Source: Vicinamibacterales bacterium
GTDB taxonomy: Bacteria; Acidobacteriota; Vicinamibacteria; Vicinamibacterales; UBA2999
Length of the DNA: 62,452 nt
Assembly (NCBI GenBank): GCA_036742665.1
Contig: DAINQP010000006.1
Coordinates: 1 to 62,452, forward strand
Direction of reading: 5' to 3'
Shown here: one piece after another, positions 42,730 to 51,945 of the stretch
Layout: every line of letters starts with the position of its first letter
Position numbering within the stretch: position 1 is the stretch's first letter
Translations under genes and position numbers: made by a program
The notes under the pieces: generated by a model
Seen by the model: only the letters and a program-made list of their open reading frames with translations
Told to the model about the DNA's origin: nothing
The model's database searches: none

Positions 42730-44736
42730 TCAGGGCACGATCTGAAAATCGGTGATCTGCTTCTCTCGCCCCTGCGTCACCTCAATCGCATAATCTCCTG
42801 CCGCAAAGGGCGCCAGCATCGCATCAACGACGATCCATCGAAACGCGCCCGACGGATCGGCGCGTTCGCTGACTTGCGCGGGCACCGAAAGCTCGTTGTG
42901 ATTGCGATCGAGGATGCGCGCGCTCGCCTGCGTCGGCACTGACGTTGCGAGCTCCAGCTTCAGGCGATCGCTGCGCATGAAGCGCGGATCTGCCGTACGC
43001 ATATAGCGAGGACCCGTGGAAAGCCCACGTCTTGATATGACTGCCTCGCCCAGCGCGGATCCATCTCTCAGGACCACGCGAGCCGTGCTGGTGAGCTCGG
43101 CTTTTTCGTCCGCCTGCGAGCGGATGCGCACGCTGACAGCGTACTCACCGGCGGCGATCCCGCCGCTTTCAGGCACCTGAATGCTGAAGGGCCCCTCGTC
43201 GGGCTTCAAGTCAACCGTACGCGTCATCACCTCCTGGCCGCGCGCATCGACCACGACAACTTCGGCCTCGGCGCCCGCCGTCCATGCCAGCTGGCGACGT
43301 GTCTGGTAGTCCAGTTCGCCGACGACCCAGAAAGCGCCACCACGCGTGTTTTCAGGAGAATTTCGAACCCAGGTTGACGTGCGAATCCGGAAGGCCGATC
43401 GCGCATTCGCAGGAGTGGAGGCGGCGAACGCTTTGCCCGCCACGCCGCGTGAGCCGGCGCTGCTGACCAGATCATCGGCCGTTCGTCCGCGGTAGCCGCG
43501 CCGGACGCGAACTTTGACGCCCTCGCGCTTGACGCGAACGGTCGTCGCACGAAACCGTCCGTCCAATTTTGTATTGGATGAGGAGTACGTCAGCAGGTAG
43601 TAGGACGAGAGATCGTCCACGATGCGGGTGATCTGTGTGTCGAGATTAGTGGTATCGGCGATCACGACACCGTCGGTGTTATCGGCGATGAACCGGAGGC
43701 TGTCCTGCCGCGACGCAGCGTTCGTGCTGGCGTCTCGCTTGGCGGCAGAGCCGTTGGCGCCGCCCGCGGGATCGGCGGTGAGTCCGCGCGGATCGATGGC
43801 ATAGAAGGAGATGTTGCTGCGGTTGGCGTTCTCGGTCACCGACCGGAGACGCTGGCTGTGATCGAGCGCGGCGAGGGCCACGCGGTCGGCCTCGCACTCG
43901 ACGTAGTTGACCTCTTTCGAACCGCCGGTCGGTTCCGACTTCTCCTTGTCGTTCTCTTTCTCCTTGTCTTTGTCTTTGTCCTTCTCCTTCGACGGCCTGC
44001 GCAGCAGTCGATCGACGAGACCACCCTGGTCGGGCTTCTGCGCGGCCGCCAGACTTTCGTTCTCACGAAACAGTACCCAGCCGTCGGAAATCGTAAGAAC
44101 CGCTTTCCGCTCGTCGCGAACGCCGCCCAGATCGGCCACGAGGCCGTCGAGCACGTCGAGCGTCAGCTTCTCACGGCGTCGTGCCTTCATTTCATTGCCG
44201 GGCGTGTTGCCATTCGAACCGGCTGCGGCATAGCAGTTGTCGTACAACGTCTCCTTCTGATCGCGACGCTCAGCCCGCCCTCCCCGCGCCCAGGCCCAAT
44301 CGCTCTGCATGATGTTGGAGATAACCGTTGGCTTGCGGCCGAACTTCATCTCGCTGGGCGACATCTCCGGGGTCATCACCGCGACCATGTCATCCGGACC
44401 GATCACGCGATCGAGGATTTTGATGAGTGGCAGCCGCATGCTCGAGGAGGCCTCGATCTGCGTGTTGTAGGTATCGAGAAAGATCACGAACACCCTGGCT
44501 CGCGACGATCCGGGAGCGCCGACCTGGACGTGCTCAAACGCGTCGATCGTCTGCGGAACGCCATCCTCGAGCAGTTCGAGATCGTTGGCCTGCAGGTCGT
44601 CGATGGCCTTCCCGTCGAGCGAGGCGTACACGTCCACGCGGATCGCGTTCGTGCCGGGTCGCACTGATGGACCGCTTTGCGCTCGCAGCGACACGGCCGC
44701 GAACAGGACGAGCAGGGTGAGGGCAGCTCGACGCAC
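42730..44736 (-). CDS. Acidobacterial VWA-domain exported protein, paralog 1
   Basis: IRVDVYA, ELLEDGVPQTIDAF, FVIFLD, KAVLTISDG, FYAIDPRGL, YYLLTYSSSN.KLDGRFR; real start GTG 44736. Confidence 0.85.
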   Translation of the reverse strand: MRRAALTLLVLFAAVSLRAQSGPSVRPGTNAIRVDVYASLDGKAIDDLQANDLELLEDGVPQTIDAFEHVQVGAPGSSRARVFVIFLDTYNTQIEASSSMRLPLIKILDRVIGPDDMVAVMTPEMSPSEMKFGRKPTVISNIMQSDWAWARGGRAERRDQKETLYDNCYAAAGSNGNTPGNEMKARRREKLTLDVLDGLVADLGGVRDERKAVLTISDGWVLFRENESLAAAQKPDQGGLVDRLLRRPSKEKDKDKDKEKENDKEKSEPTGGSKEVNYVECEADRVALAALDHSQRLRSVTENANRSNISFYAIDPRGLTADPAGGANGSAAKRDASTNAASRQDSLRFIADNTDGVVIADTTNLDTQITRIVDDLSSYYLLTYSSSNTKLDGRFRATTVRVKREGVKVRVRRGYRGRTADDLVSSAGSRGVAGKAFAASTPANARSAFRIRTSTWVRNSPENTRGGAFWVVGELDYQTRRQLAWTAGAEAEVVVVDARGQEVMTRTVDLKPDEGPFSIQVPESGGIAAGEYAVSVRIRSQADEKAELTSTARVVLRDGSALGEAVISRRGLSTGPRYMRTADPRFMRSDRLKLELATSVPTQASARILDRNHNELSVPAQVSERADPSGAFRWIVVDAMLAPFAAGDYAIEVTQGREKQITDFQIVP

Positions 44737-44780
44737 AAGGAACCCCAGGTGACAGGCTGGCTTAGGGAGTGTACTCTCGA

Positions 44781-44911
44781 CAACTCCAACTACCAACGCC
44801 CAACTTCCAACCACTCCCAAATCCCAATTCCCAAGCACCCTTGAGTTGGCGCCTTGTGAGTTATTGGGAGTCGCGAGTGGTTGGGAGTTGGGATTTGGTC
44901 CTTGGGAATTG
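44781..44911. repeat. Long inverted heptamer repeat (CTCCCAA / TTGGGAG) between the VWA paralogs
   Basis: caactccaactaccaacgcccaacttccaaccactcccaaatcccaattcccaa ... ttgggagtcgcgagtggttgggagttgggatttggtccttgggaattg. Confidence 0.85.
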
Positions 44912-46972
44912 TCAGGGCACTACACGAAACGAGGTCATCTGCTTCATCTGTCCCTGGGTAACCTCGATGGCGTAATCGGATGGACCAAATGGCGCGAGGC
45001 CGAGATCGACCACCACCCATGTAAAGCCAGCCGCATCGGGGCGGGTGCTGACCTCGACGGGAACGGAAATCGTCTGGCCATTGCGATCGATCACGCGCGC
45101 CGTGGCCGACTCGGTAGACGAAGTTGCCAATTCGAGCCGGATGCGCTCGTTCCGCTGGAACCGCGGGTCGACCGTTCGCAGATGCTGCGGGCCCGTGGTC
45201 GGTCCACGACGCCACATGAGCGCATCGCCAAGCGATGGCGGCGATTTTACGGAAATGCGAGCCGTATCGATCAGAGCGAGTTCCCCTTCCATTGGAGAAC
45301 GCAGACGGACGCGTATCGTGTAGTCGCCCGACTGCATGCCGCCGGCATCCGGCAACTGGACAGTGAATCCGCTCTCACCGGGTTTGATTTCGAGGCGTTG
45401 CGACGCCACCTGCGCATTGTCTGAACCCGTCACGGTGATCTCAGCCTGCGCACCGCGCGACCATGCCGGAAGGCGCTTCGTCTGCTGATCGAGTTCACCG
45501 ACGATCCAGACCGTACCACCCGAGAGACCCGCGCGTGACCACGCGGCGGCGCGAATCCTGAACTGCGCCCGCGCATTGAAATTGACAGCCGGTGGTGCGA
45601 CAGTCGCTGGCGCACCGGTCGTGGAGCCTCCTCCGGCTTCGAGCGCGGCGGGACCCACTCCACCTCGCGAGAGCTCTTCGGTCGTGTAGCCGCGGTAGCC
45701 CTTACGCGCACGCACGGTGACGCCGGGGCGCTTGAGCCGCACCGAGATCGATCGAAACCGCCCATCGAGCTTGGTATTCGTCGTGTAGTACCCCATCAAG
45801 TAGTACGACGACAGATCGTCGACGATCCGGCGTAGCGCGGCATCGATGTTGTTGGTGTTGATCACGGACGTGCCGTCGGTATCAGCCGCCAGAAATCGCA
45901 GCGCCTCCTGACGGTTCCGAAGATTCGCCGCGTCCTGGATTGGCGATGGCGGCTGCTCGGGGCCGATCGGCGCATCGAACGCCACGAGGCCGCGCGCGTA
46001 CACGGGATAGAAGGTGACATTGCCGCGATTGGCGGTCTGCGTGAGATTCTGCAGGCGGAACTCGTGGTCGAGCGCTGCCAATGCCATCCGGTCAGCCTCG
46101 CACTGAACGCGAGGTGATCCTTGTAACTGCCCTGTATCTGACGGCTGCGGGCGGGGCGGCCGCAGCAGAACGTCGCCGGGGCGCAGGCCCGTATTGTCTT
46201 TGTCGAACGCCCGCGCGAGCTTCGAGTCAGAACGATAGATGACCCATCCTTCGGTGACCGCAAGAACCGCTTTGCGCTCCTCGCGGATGCCGTTGAGGTG
46301 CACCATCAGATCTTCGAGCGCATCGAGCGTCAGCTTCTCGCGACGGCGCGCCTTCATCTCCTTCGCAATGCCGACTGTCTGGAACGCGTCGGGATAACAG
46401 GCGTCGTAGAGATCTTCCTTTTCGTCGTTGTCAGAGCCTGGCAGACGGCCGCGCTTTCCCCACAACCACTCGCGCTCCAGCATCCTTGAGATGACTGTGG
46501 TCTTGCGCTGGAACGTGATCTCGGTTGCCGCCATCTCCGGCGTCATCACCGCCACCAGGTCGTCGGGCCCGAGCACGCGGTCGATGAAGTTGATGAGCGG
46601 CTGCCGCATCGTCGCCGAGCCTTCGATTTGCGTGTGGTAGGTATCGAGGAAGATCACGAACACGCGGGCCCGCGGGTCGCCCGCCATCTGGCGGCTCTGC
46701 TCGATGGTGTTCGGCTCGACGCGGAGCTCCTGCGGAATCCCGGTGCGGACCCGGACGTGCTCGAACGCCTCGATCTTCTGAGGCACGCCGTCTTCGAGGA
46801 TCTCGACCTCGCTCTCCTGGATGTCGTCGATGGGCTTGCCGTCGCGCGTGGCATACATGTCGACGCGGATGTACGCCGCGCCGCTGCGGAACGTCGGCTG
46901 GTTCTGCCTGTTCTGCGCGTTCAGCGAGACCGCTGCAAGCGCGAGCACGATGAGAAGGGAGATTCGGCGCAC
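44912..46972 (-). CDS. Acidobacterial VWA-domain exported protein, paralog 2
   Basis: QPTFRSG.AYIRVD, FVIFLDTYHTQ, RRREKLTLD, YYLMGYYTTNTKLDGRFR; colinear with paralog 1. Confidence 0.87.
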   Translation of the reverse strand: MRRISLLIVLALAAVSLNAQNRQNQPTFRSGAAYIRVDMYATRDGKPIDDIQESEVEILEDGVPQKIEAFEHVRVRTGIPQELRVEPNTIEQSRQMAGDPRARVFVIFLDTYHTQIEGSATMRQPLINFIDRVLGPDDLVAVMTPEMAATEITFQRKTTVISRMLEREWLWGKRGRLPGSDNDEKEDLYDACYPDAFQTVGIAKEMKARRREKLTLDALEDLMVHLNGIREERKAVLAVTEGWVIYRSDSKLARAFDKDNTGLRPGDVLLRPPRPQPSDTGQLQGSPRVQCEADRMALAALDHEFRLQNLTQTANRGNVTFYPVYARGLVAFDAPIGPEQPPSPIQDAANLRNRQEALRFLAADTDGTSVINTNNIDAALRRIVDDLSSYYLMGYYTTNTKLDGRFRSISVRLKRPGVTVRARKGYRGYTTEELSRGGVGPAALEAGGGSTTGAPATVAPPAVNFNARAQFRIRAAAWSRAGLSGGTVWIVGELDQQTKRLPAWSRGAQAEITVTGSDNAQVASQRLEIKPGESGFTVQLPDAGGMQSGDYTIRVRLRSPMEGELALIDTARISVKSPPSLGDALMWRRGPTTGPQHLRTVDPRFQRNERIRLELATSSTESATARVIDRNGQTISVPVEVSTRPDAAGFTWVVVDLGLAPFGPSDYAIEVTQGQMKQMTSFRVVP

Positions 46973-47003
46973 ACGAACTCCAGATCAGGCTGGCTCAGGG
47001 AGT

Positions 47004-47723
47004 TTACGTCCAGAGCGGACCCTCGTCGAGTAGCTTCTGGACCTCGCCCCGAACCTGGGCAATGAGCGCGTCGCGGTCGCCGATCGTCAGACCCGCCGTC
47101 GGGATCGGCGCCCCAATCCGGACGCTGACGTTGACCGGCCGCACGAATGCGCTGCCCTTCCGCATCGCATCGCGTCCACCCTGAATGGCCACCGGGACGA
47201 TCGGCGTCTGGGCTTCGATGGCCATGATGAAGCCACCCTTCTTGAACGGGAGCAGATTGCCGGTACGGCTGCGCGTCCCCTCGGGAAAGATCAGGAATGA
47301 ATTGCCCTTCCGCAGCGAATCGGCACCCTTTGAGATGGACGTCATCGCCTGCTCCCGATCGCCACGATCGACGGAGACGAAACCGGCAACGTCGAACGCC
47401 GTCTTCATGATTGGAAACTTCCGCAGTTCGGCCTTGTAGAGAATCTTGATGCGCGGGTGCAGGGCTTCGAAGAGCACCGGCGGATCCACGTTGCTCTCGT
47501 GGTTCGAGCAGTAGACCGCGGCATGTCGTGGGAGGTGTTCACCTCCGGCCACCTTCCAGCGGATCCCGGCCAGCGCCAGGGCGAGCCGCACGCCACCGTG
47601 ACCCAGTCGATATAGACCGTCCGTCGATCGCAGGACGATACCCACGAACAGGCCAATAGGGCCGGCGACCGCAATGTACACAACGGTCGCGACGTACGTG
47701 ATCACGGAGCGGACGACAAACAT
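47004..47723 (-). CDS. plsC: 1-acyl-sn-glycerol-3-phosphate acyltransferase
   Basis: NHESNVD, VSVDR, IFPEGTRS, FKKGGF. Confidence 0.9.
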   Translation of the reverse strand: MFVVRSVITYVATVVYIAVAGPIGLFVGIVLRSTDGLYRLGHGGVRLALALAGIRWKVAGGEHLPRHAAVYCSNHESNVDPPVLFEALHPRIKILYKAELRKFPIMKTAFDVAGFVSVDRGDREQAMTSISKGADSLRKGNSFLIFPEGTRSRTGNLLPFKKGGFIMAIEAQTPIVPVAIQGGRDAMRKGSAFVRPVNVSVRIGAPIPTAGLTIGDRDALIAQVRGEVQKLLDEGPLWT

Positions 47724-47743
47724 CGATGATGGATTGTGTACAG

Positions 47744-47772
47744 AAAAACGCCCGGACGATCCGTCCGGGCGT
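47744..47772 (-). terminator. Intrinsic terminator downstream of carD
   Basis: 11-bp stem acgcccggacg/cgtccgggcgt followed by a T-tract on the minus strand. Confidence 0.8.
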
Positions 47773-47828
47773 CCGCCTTCGCCCACAGGCTACGGCGGGA
47801 GGTTCAGGATACGCTATGCGAGCTGGGG

Positions 47829-48443
47829 CTACGAGGCTCGCGCGGCCGTCCGGCGTGTCGCGGCGGCGATCACAACGGGTGCCTTCACCGGCGGCTTGGC
47901 CACCTTCGCCACCTTCGCGCGCGCGGTGGCGCGAGCCAGGTTGCGGGCCTTCACCATGAAGCACTTCTCGAGCGCGCTGTCGACGCGGGACTCGACGTCG
48001 GGTGCCTTCTGGCGCATCACCTCGGAGACTTCCGAGATAATCAGTGCCTTGGCCCGATCGAGCATCCGCTTCTCGCGGAACGAGAGGCTCTTCGACTTGC
48101 TCAGGAACGTGAGGCTCTTGAGGACATCGGCCATGTCGTAGATCGAACCGGTGCGCATCTTGTCCGAGTTGTCCTTGAAGCGCCCTTTCCAGTTCTGATG
48201 GTTGTCGATGCGGCCATCACTTAGAAGGCCGAAGAGACGCTCGACCTCTTCATCGCTGATGGCCTTCCGCAGACCAACGTTATCGACGTTGGCGACGGGC
48301 ACGAGCACCGTCGTGTCGTTCGACACGATCCGCAAATGAAAGAAGCCGCAGGTGGTGCCAAGAATTGTTTTCTCTTCGATACGTTCAACGATGCCGAGTC
48401 CATGGTTCGGGTAGATGACCTTGTCACCGAGCTGGAATGTCAC
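47829..48443 (-). CDS. carD: CarD/CdnL-family RNA polymerase-binding regulator with a basic C-terminal tail
   Basis: FQLGDKVIYPNHGLG, VLVP, GLR, NWKGR, LSFREKRML; alternative start at 48497. Confidence 0.92.
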   Translation of the reverse strand: MTFQLGDKVIYPNHGLGIVERIEEKTILGTTCGFFHLRIVSNDTTVLVPVANVDNVGLRKAISDEEVERLFGLLSDGRIDNHQNWKGRFKDNSDKMRTGSIYDMADVLKSLTFLSKSKSLSFREKRMLDRAKALIISEVSEVMRQKAPDVESRVDSALEKCFMVKARNLARATARAKVAKVAKPPVKAPVVIAAATRRTAARAS

Positions 48444-48674
48444 GTTTCCCCCGTCGAAGGTTGATGGTAGGACCGGGTCCTGTGCTGGGAACAGCACCCA
48501 TGAGTATACCGCACCGGCGTGTAGTCTTTCAACGGAATTGCCCGAAAAAAGCCCGATTTCGGCACTTCAGACCCGCTCGCTGCCCGTTCGCCGCAGCCGG
48601 ACCGGGATGCCGGACGGCTCAGTGAGATTGGACGTAAGTCACACGATTGTCAGGACTTGAATAGAATCGCGTTC

Positions 48675-49208
48675 ATGCACGTTCGCGTGACGACTGCGCT
48701 GATGAGTCTGTTCGCAGTCGTACAGCTCACGGCTCAGCCGGCCATCCTCGCCCCCTACTCTCCGACGCCCATGGACGTCGTCCAACGGATGCTCACATTC
48801 GGGAAGGTCGGAGCGCGAGATGTGGTCTATGACCTGGGATGTGGTGACGGACGCATCGTGATCGAGGCGGCACGCGTGTTCGGTGCACGCGGCGTCGGCA
48901 TCGACATCGATCCAGTATTGGTCGCGCGTGCCCAGGCCAACGCGAAGGAGGCTGGCATCGAATCGCTCGTCACATTTCGCGTGCAGGACGCGATGACGGT
49001 GGACGTCTCCGACGCGACCGTCGTGACGCTATACCTGCTGGCCGCATCGAACGTGAAGCTACGTCCGATCTTGACGAAGACGCTTCGCCCTGGGGCCCGC
49101 ATCGTCGCCCATAACTACCCGATTGGTGATTGGGAACCTGACGTCGTGGATACGTTCACCGACGCCGCAGGCACGGCACGAACGTTGTTCTTGTGGACGA
49201 TCCGGTAG
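48675..49208 (+). CDS. Class I SAM-dependent methyltransferase with an N-terminal signal-like segment
   Basis: PYSPTP..VV.RML, VYDLGCGDGRIV, VTLYLL, PGARIVAH; TAGAAT 7 nt before ATG 48675. Confidence 0.87.
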   Translation: MHVRVTTALMSLFAVVQLTAQPAILAPYSPTPMDVVQRMLTFGKVGARDVVYDLGCGDGRIVIEAARVFGARGVGIDIDPVLVARAQANAKEAGIESLVTFRVQDAMTVDVSDATVVTLYLLAASNVKLRPILTKTLRPGARIVAHNYPIGDWEPDVVDTFTDAAGTARTLFLWTIR

Positions 49209-49210
49209 GG

Positions 49211-49351
49211 CATTGTTGATCGGTGATCTTTGATTGGTTGTTGATTTACGGATTGTCGATGGGTGATTGGGTAGCCGCGGGCTGGACCGGCGTCAATCGA
49301 TAATCAGGAATCAACAACGACTCATTAATCAAACATCACAAGTCATCAATG
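49211..49351. repeat. Degenerate inverted heptamer repeat (TGATTGG / CAATCA type) between convergent genes
   Basis: ttgttgatcggtgatctttgattggttgttgatt ... caatcgataatcaggaatcaacaacgactcattaatcaaacatcacaagtcatcaat. Confidence 0.65.
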
Positions 49352-49354
49352 TCT

Positions 49355-50377
49355 TCAGGCGCGCGCCACTGCGAGCTCGACAATCTCCTCGATCAGTTGC
49401 ACGTAGGTGCGGCCCGACTTCCTCGCCGCCATCGCGAACTCCGCCTTCGAACTAAGCCAGGGATTCGGATTGACCTCGATCACCGCGACTCGCCCGTTCG
49501 GCTGGAGCCTCATGTCGACGCGGCCGTAGTCGCGCAATTCGAGCGCCTGGTACGCAGCCACTGCGGTTTGCTGCAGCGTGGCCAACGCTTCTTCGGGAAG
49601 ATCGGTCGCGATCGCCGATTTCGTATCGCGATACGCTTTCGTGCCTTTGCCCCACTTCACTTCCGCTGAGGCAATTCGCGGCGTGCCGTCCGGCAGTTTC
49701 GATAGATCGAGTTCCACGACTGGCAAGGCTTCAGGCTTATCGTTGCCGATCACGCCGACGTACATCTCGCGGCCTTCGACGTACTCCTCGATCAACACCG
49801 GCGAATCGAAATTGGCATGCAGCCAGTCGATCCGTTCCATCAGTTCGCGGATCGAGTTGACCACTGCGCTGAACTCAATGCCGATCGACCCGTCCTCGCG
49901 CGCCGGCTTGACGATAACCGGGAAATGCAGGTCGTGGGAGAAATCGAGACGGCCGCGGTAGGACTTCGCAAAGACTGGCGTGTGAACGCCGTGAAACTGG
50001 AAGATCTTCTTGGCCAGGGCTTTGTCCTGCGCCATCATCAGGCCGTGCGTGCCTGAGCCGGTGTATTTCTTGCCAATCAGTTCAAGAAAACCCGCGATCT
50101 TGAAGTCCGCCGTGTCGTCGTCGGCAAATGACTCGGTCAGGTTGAATACCAGGTCGCATTCCATTCGAGCCAGCGACAACAGGCTCTTCGCCGTGCCATC
50201 GAGCTCGTGCATCGCCGGATCGTGACCGAGCTTGGTGAGCGCCTCGGCAACCTCTTCTTCGACTTCCTTCTTGTCCAGCGTGCGGGTAACCGGCGACTTC
50301 TCGTTTGACGCGGCCGGTTCATCGGTCTCGTCTACCAGCACGCGGTCGTACAAGACGATGATCTTGAGTCTGCTCAT
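49355..50377 (-). CDS. ATP-grasp ligase, D-Ala-D-Ala ligase-like fold but not a canonical Ddl
   Basis: YTGS..GL..AQDK..AK, PVIVKPAREDGSIG, LIEEYVEGRE, YGRVDMR, IEVNPNP; lacks the Ddl GGxSxE and LHG..GEDG motifs. Confidence 0.85.
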   Translation of the reverse strand: MSRLKIIVLYDRVLVDETDEPAASNEKSPVTRTLDKKEVEEEVAEALTKLGHDPAMHELDGTAKSLLSLARMECDLVFNLTESFADDDTADFKIAGFLELIGKKYTGSGTHGLMMAQDKALAKKIFQFHGVHTPVFAKSYRGRLDFSHDLHFPVIVKPAREDGSIGIEFSAVVNSIRELMERIDWLHANFDSPVLIEEYVEGREMYVGVIGNDKPEALPVVELDLSKLPDGTPRIASAEVKWGKGTKAYRDTKSAIATDLPEEALATLQQTAVAAYQALELRDYGRVDMRLQPNGRVAVIEVNPNPWLSSKAEFAMAARKSGRTYVQLIEEIVELAVARA

Positions 50378-50387
50378 CGCACTCGAT

Positions 50388-50469
50388 CAATGCCCAATGC
50401 CCAATGCGCAATGCTAAATGGCGAACGAAAGACCTGTTTGGGCATTCGGCATTGAGCATTCGGCATTGC
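50388..50469. repeat. Inverted heptamer repeat (CAATGCC / GGCATTG) inside the peptidase-ligase cassette
   Basis: caatgcccaatgcccaatgcgcaatgct ... ggcattcggcattgagcattcggcattg. Confidence 0.88.
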
Positions 50470-50476
50470 GCGTTGT

Positions 50477-51484
50477 TCAGCGTTGTTCAAATTGACCCCG
50501 GGTGAGGAAGTTCATCGCCAATGTGGTGGCCAGCGCGGTGACCTCGACGAGGTAGCGAGCCTCTTCGCCCACCTCGCCCCACAGTTTCATGCGTTCACAG
50601 GTCCGGCAGATCGACTCGATCAGTCCGCGCACGATCGGACGACGGACGCCGGTCCAGTATGTGATCTTCTCGACCAGCTCTGGAGTGTACTTTCGCACGA
50701 TGTCGGCCGCCGGCTTCGCTTCCTTGCGCCGTCGCGTGAGGAAGATCTGCCCGAGGTGCGCGTCGAGCGCGATGTCGATACGCGCCTGCTGTTCCTGTGC
50801 AGCCTGCTCGTAGAACTGTTCGACCGTCACGCTGATGTCATCGGGCGTGACGTCCACCTCGCCGGTCTTGACGATCGGCTCGACGTCGGCGAGCCTGCGC
50901 GCCACCCGCTCGACGTAGCGCAGCTTGCGCATGGCGGGCCAGCCTTTGTATTGGCGCCGCCATGGACTGCGCGGGGTGAGCCAGACGGCGAACGTCTCAG
51001 CAAAGTCCTCGTCGGGATGCTTCTGCGCGTACCAGCCTTCGATGTGCCGGACGAAGTGCTTGCTGAATGGGATCGGACGGTATTCGTCGCGATACGTACG
51101 GAAGAACGGGCCGAACAAATCGCGCCATTCGGGTGTGGTGTACAAGCGATAGGCGTAGTTGAAGACATGACCGGCCTCGTGCCGCATGTACATCATGATC
51201 TGCCGCTCGTTCTCGAGCGCGTCGGCCGCCTTCTCGATCTTCTGCAGGTTCGGATCAGCCAGGTAGAACGGGATGCCGAGCACCGGCTGCTGGTCCGGGC
51301 ATCCCCACTCGTCGGTCAGATAGCAGACCGGACGAAAGCGTTTCAGGCCGCGCCGATCGATTTCCTTGTACAGCTGCCGGACGTATCCCTCGACCGGTGA
51401 ACCCTCGACGCGCAGGCCCAGTTCGCTGACCTTTTTCCCGAGGACCCCGCGAATTTCCGGGTCCAGGGTCTCGAATCTGGCCAC
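50477..51484 (-). CDS. Putative zinc-binding metallopeptidase (Peptidase_Mx-like)
   Basis: RHEAGH (HExxH), YAQKHPDEDFAETFAVWL. Confidence 0.8.
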   Translation of the reverse strand: MARFETLDPEIRGVLGKKVSELGLRVEGSPVEGYVRQLYKEIDRRGLKRFRPVCYLTDEWGCPDQQPVLGIPFYLADPNLQKIEKAADALENERQIMMYMRHEAGHVFNYAYRLYTTPEWRDLFGPFFRTYRDEYRPIPFSKHFVRHIEGWYAQKHPDEDFAETFAVWLTPRSPWRRQYKGWPAMRKLRYVERVARRLADVEPIVKTGEVDVTPDDISVTVEQFYEQAAQEQQARIDIALDAHLGQIFLTRRRKEAKPAADIVRKYTPELVEKITYWTGVRRPIVRGLIESICRTCERMKLWGEVGEEARYLVEVTALATTLAMNFLTRGQFEQR

Positions 51485-51494
51485 GCTGGAATTA

Positions 51495-51866
51495 TCACCG
51501 CTTTTCGTGCATCAACGCGAGCGTGTTGCCTTCGCCATCCCTGAAGAACGCCATCCACAGCTCGTGATCGGGAAGCTTCGCGATCATGTGCGGTGCCCCG
51601 AGGAAATCCACGCCCTTGCCCTGAAAATCGGCGTAGACGGCGTTGATGTCGTCCACTTTGAAGTAGAGGATCGAACCCGGATGGTTGAATTCATTCTCTG
51701 CGGCAGCGTCGAGCATCAGCCGAATGCCACCACAATCGAAAAACGCGAGCGCCGGTGGTGCCTGAAACAAAAACTCCATGCCGAGCACATCGCGATAGAA
51801 GGCGACGGCGCGCGGCAGGTCCTTCACCACCATCGCGATCTGGCCGATCGTTGAAAGCTGAGTCAT
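51495..51866 (-). CDS. VOC / glyoxalase superfamily protein
   Basis: IGQIAMVVKDL.RAVAFYRDVLG, LYFKVDDI, FFRDGEGN. Confidence 0.92.
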   Translation of the reverse strand: MTQLSTIGQIAMVVKDLPRAVAFYRDVLGMEFLFQAPPALAFFDCGGIRLMLDAAAENEFNHPGSILYFKVDDINAVYADFQGKGVDFLGAPHMIAKLPDHELWMAFFRDGEGNTLALMHEKR

Positions 51867-51880
51867 CTCAAGTCCGACGT

Positions 51881-51945
51881 GAAAAGTGCAGAGTGCTAAG
51901 TAAGTGTAGAGTCACTTTGCACTTTACAGTTTGGACTTTTCACTT
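51881..51945. repeat. Degenerate inverted repeat (AAAGTG / CACTTT type) between divergent genes
   Basis: aaaagtgcagagtgctaagtaagtgtagag tcactttgcactttacagtttggacttttcactt. Confidence 0.7.

Noticed and set aside
44737-44838. N-terminal extensions given by the ORF track (VWA paralog 1; also 6353, 19623, 31652, 39533, 47786, 58463)
   Set aside because: They come from repeats or neighbouring genes; signal peptides, domain starts and -10/SD positions support later starts
49355-50377. Calling the ATP-grasp gene ddl
   Set aside because: The Ddl-specific N-terminal motifs are absent and there is no cell-wall gene context
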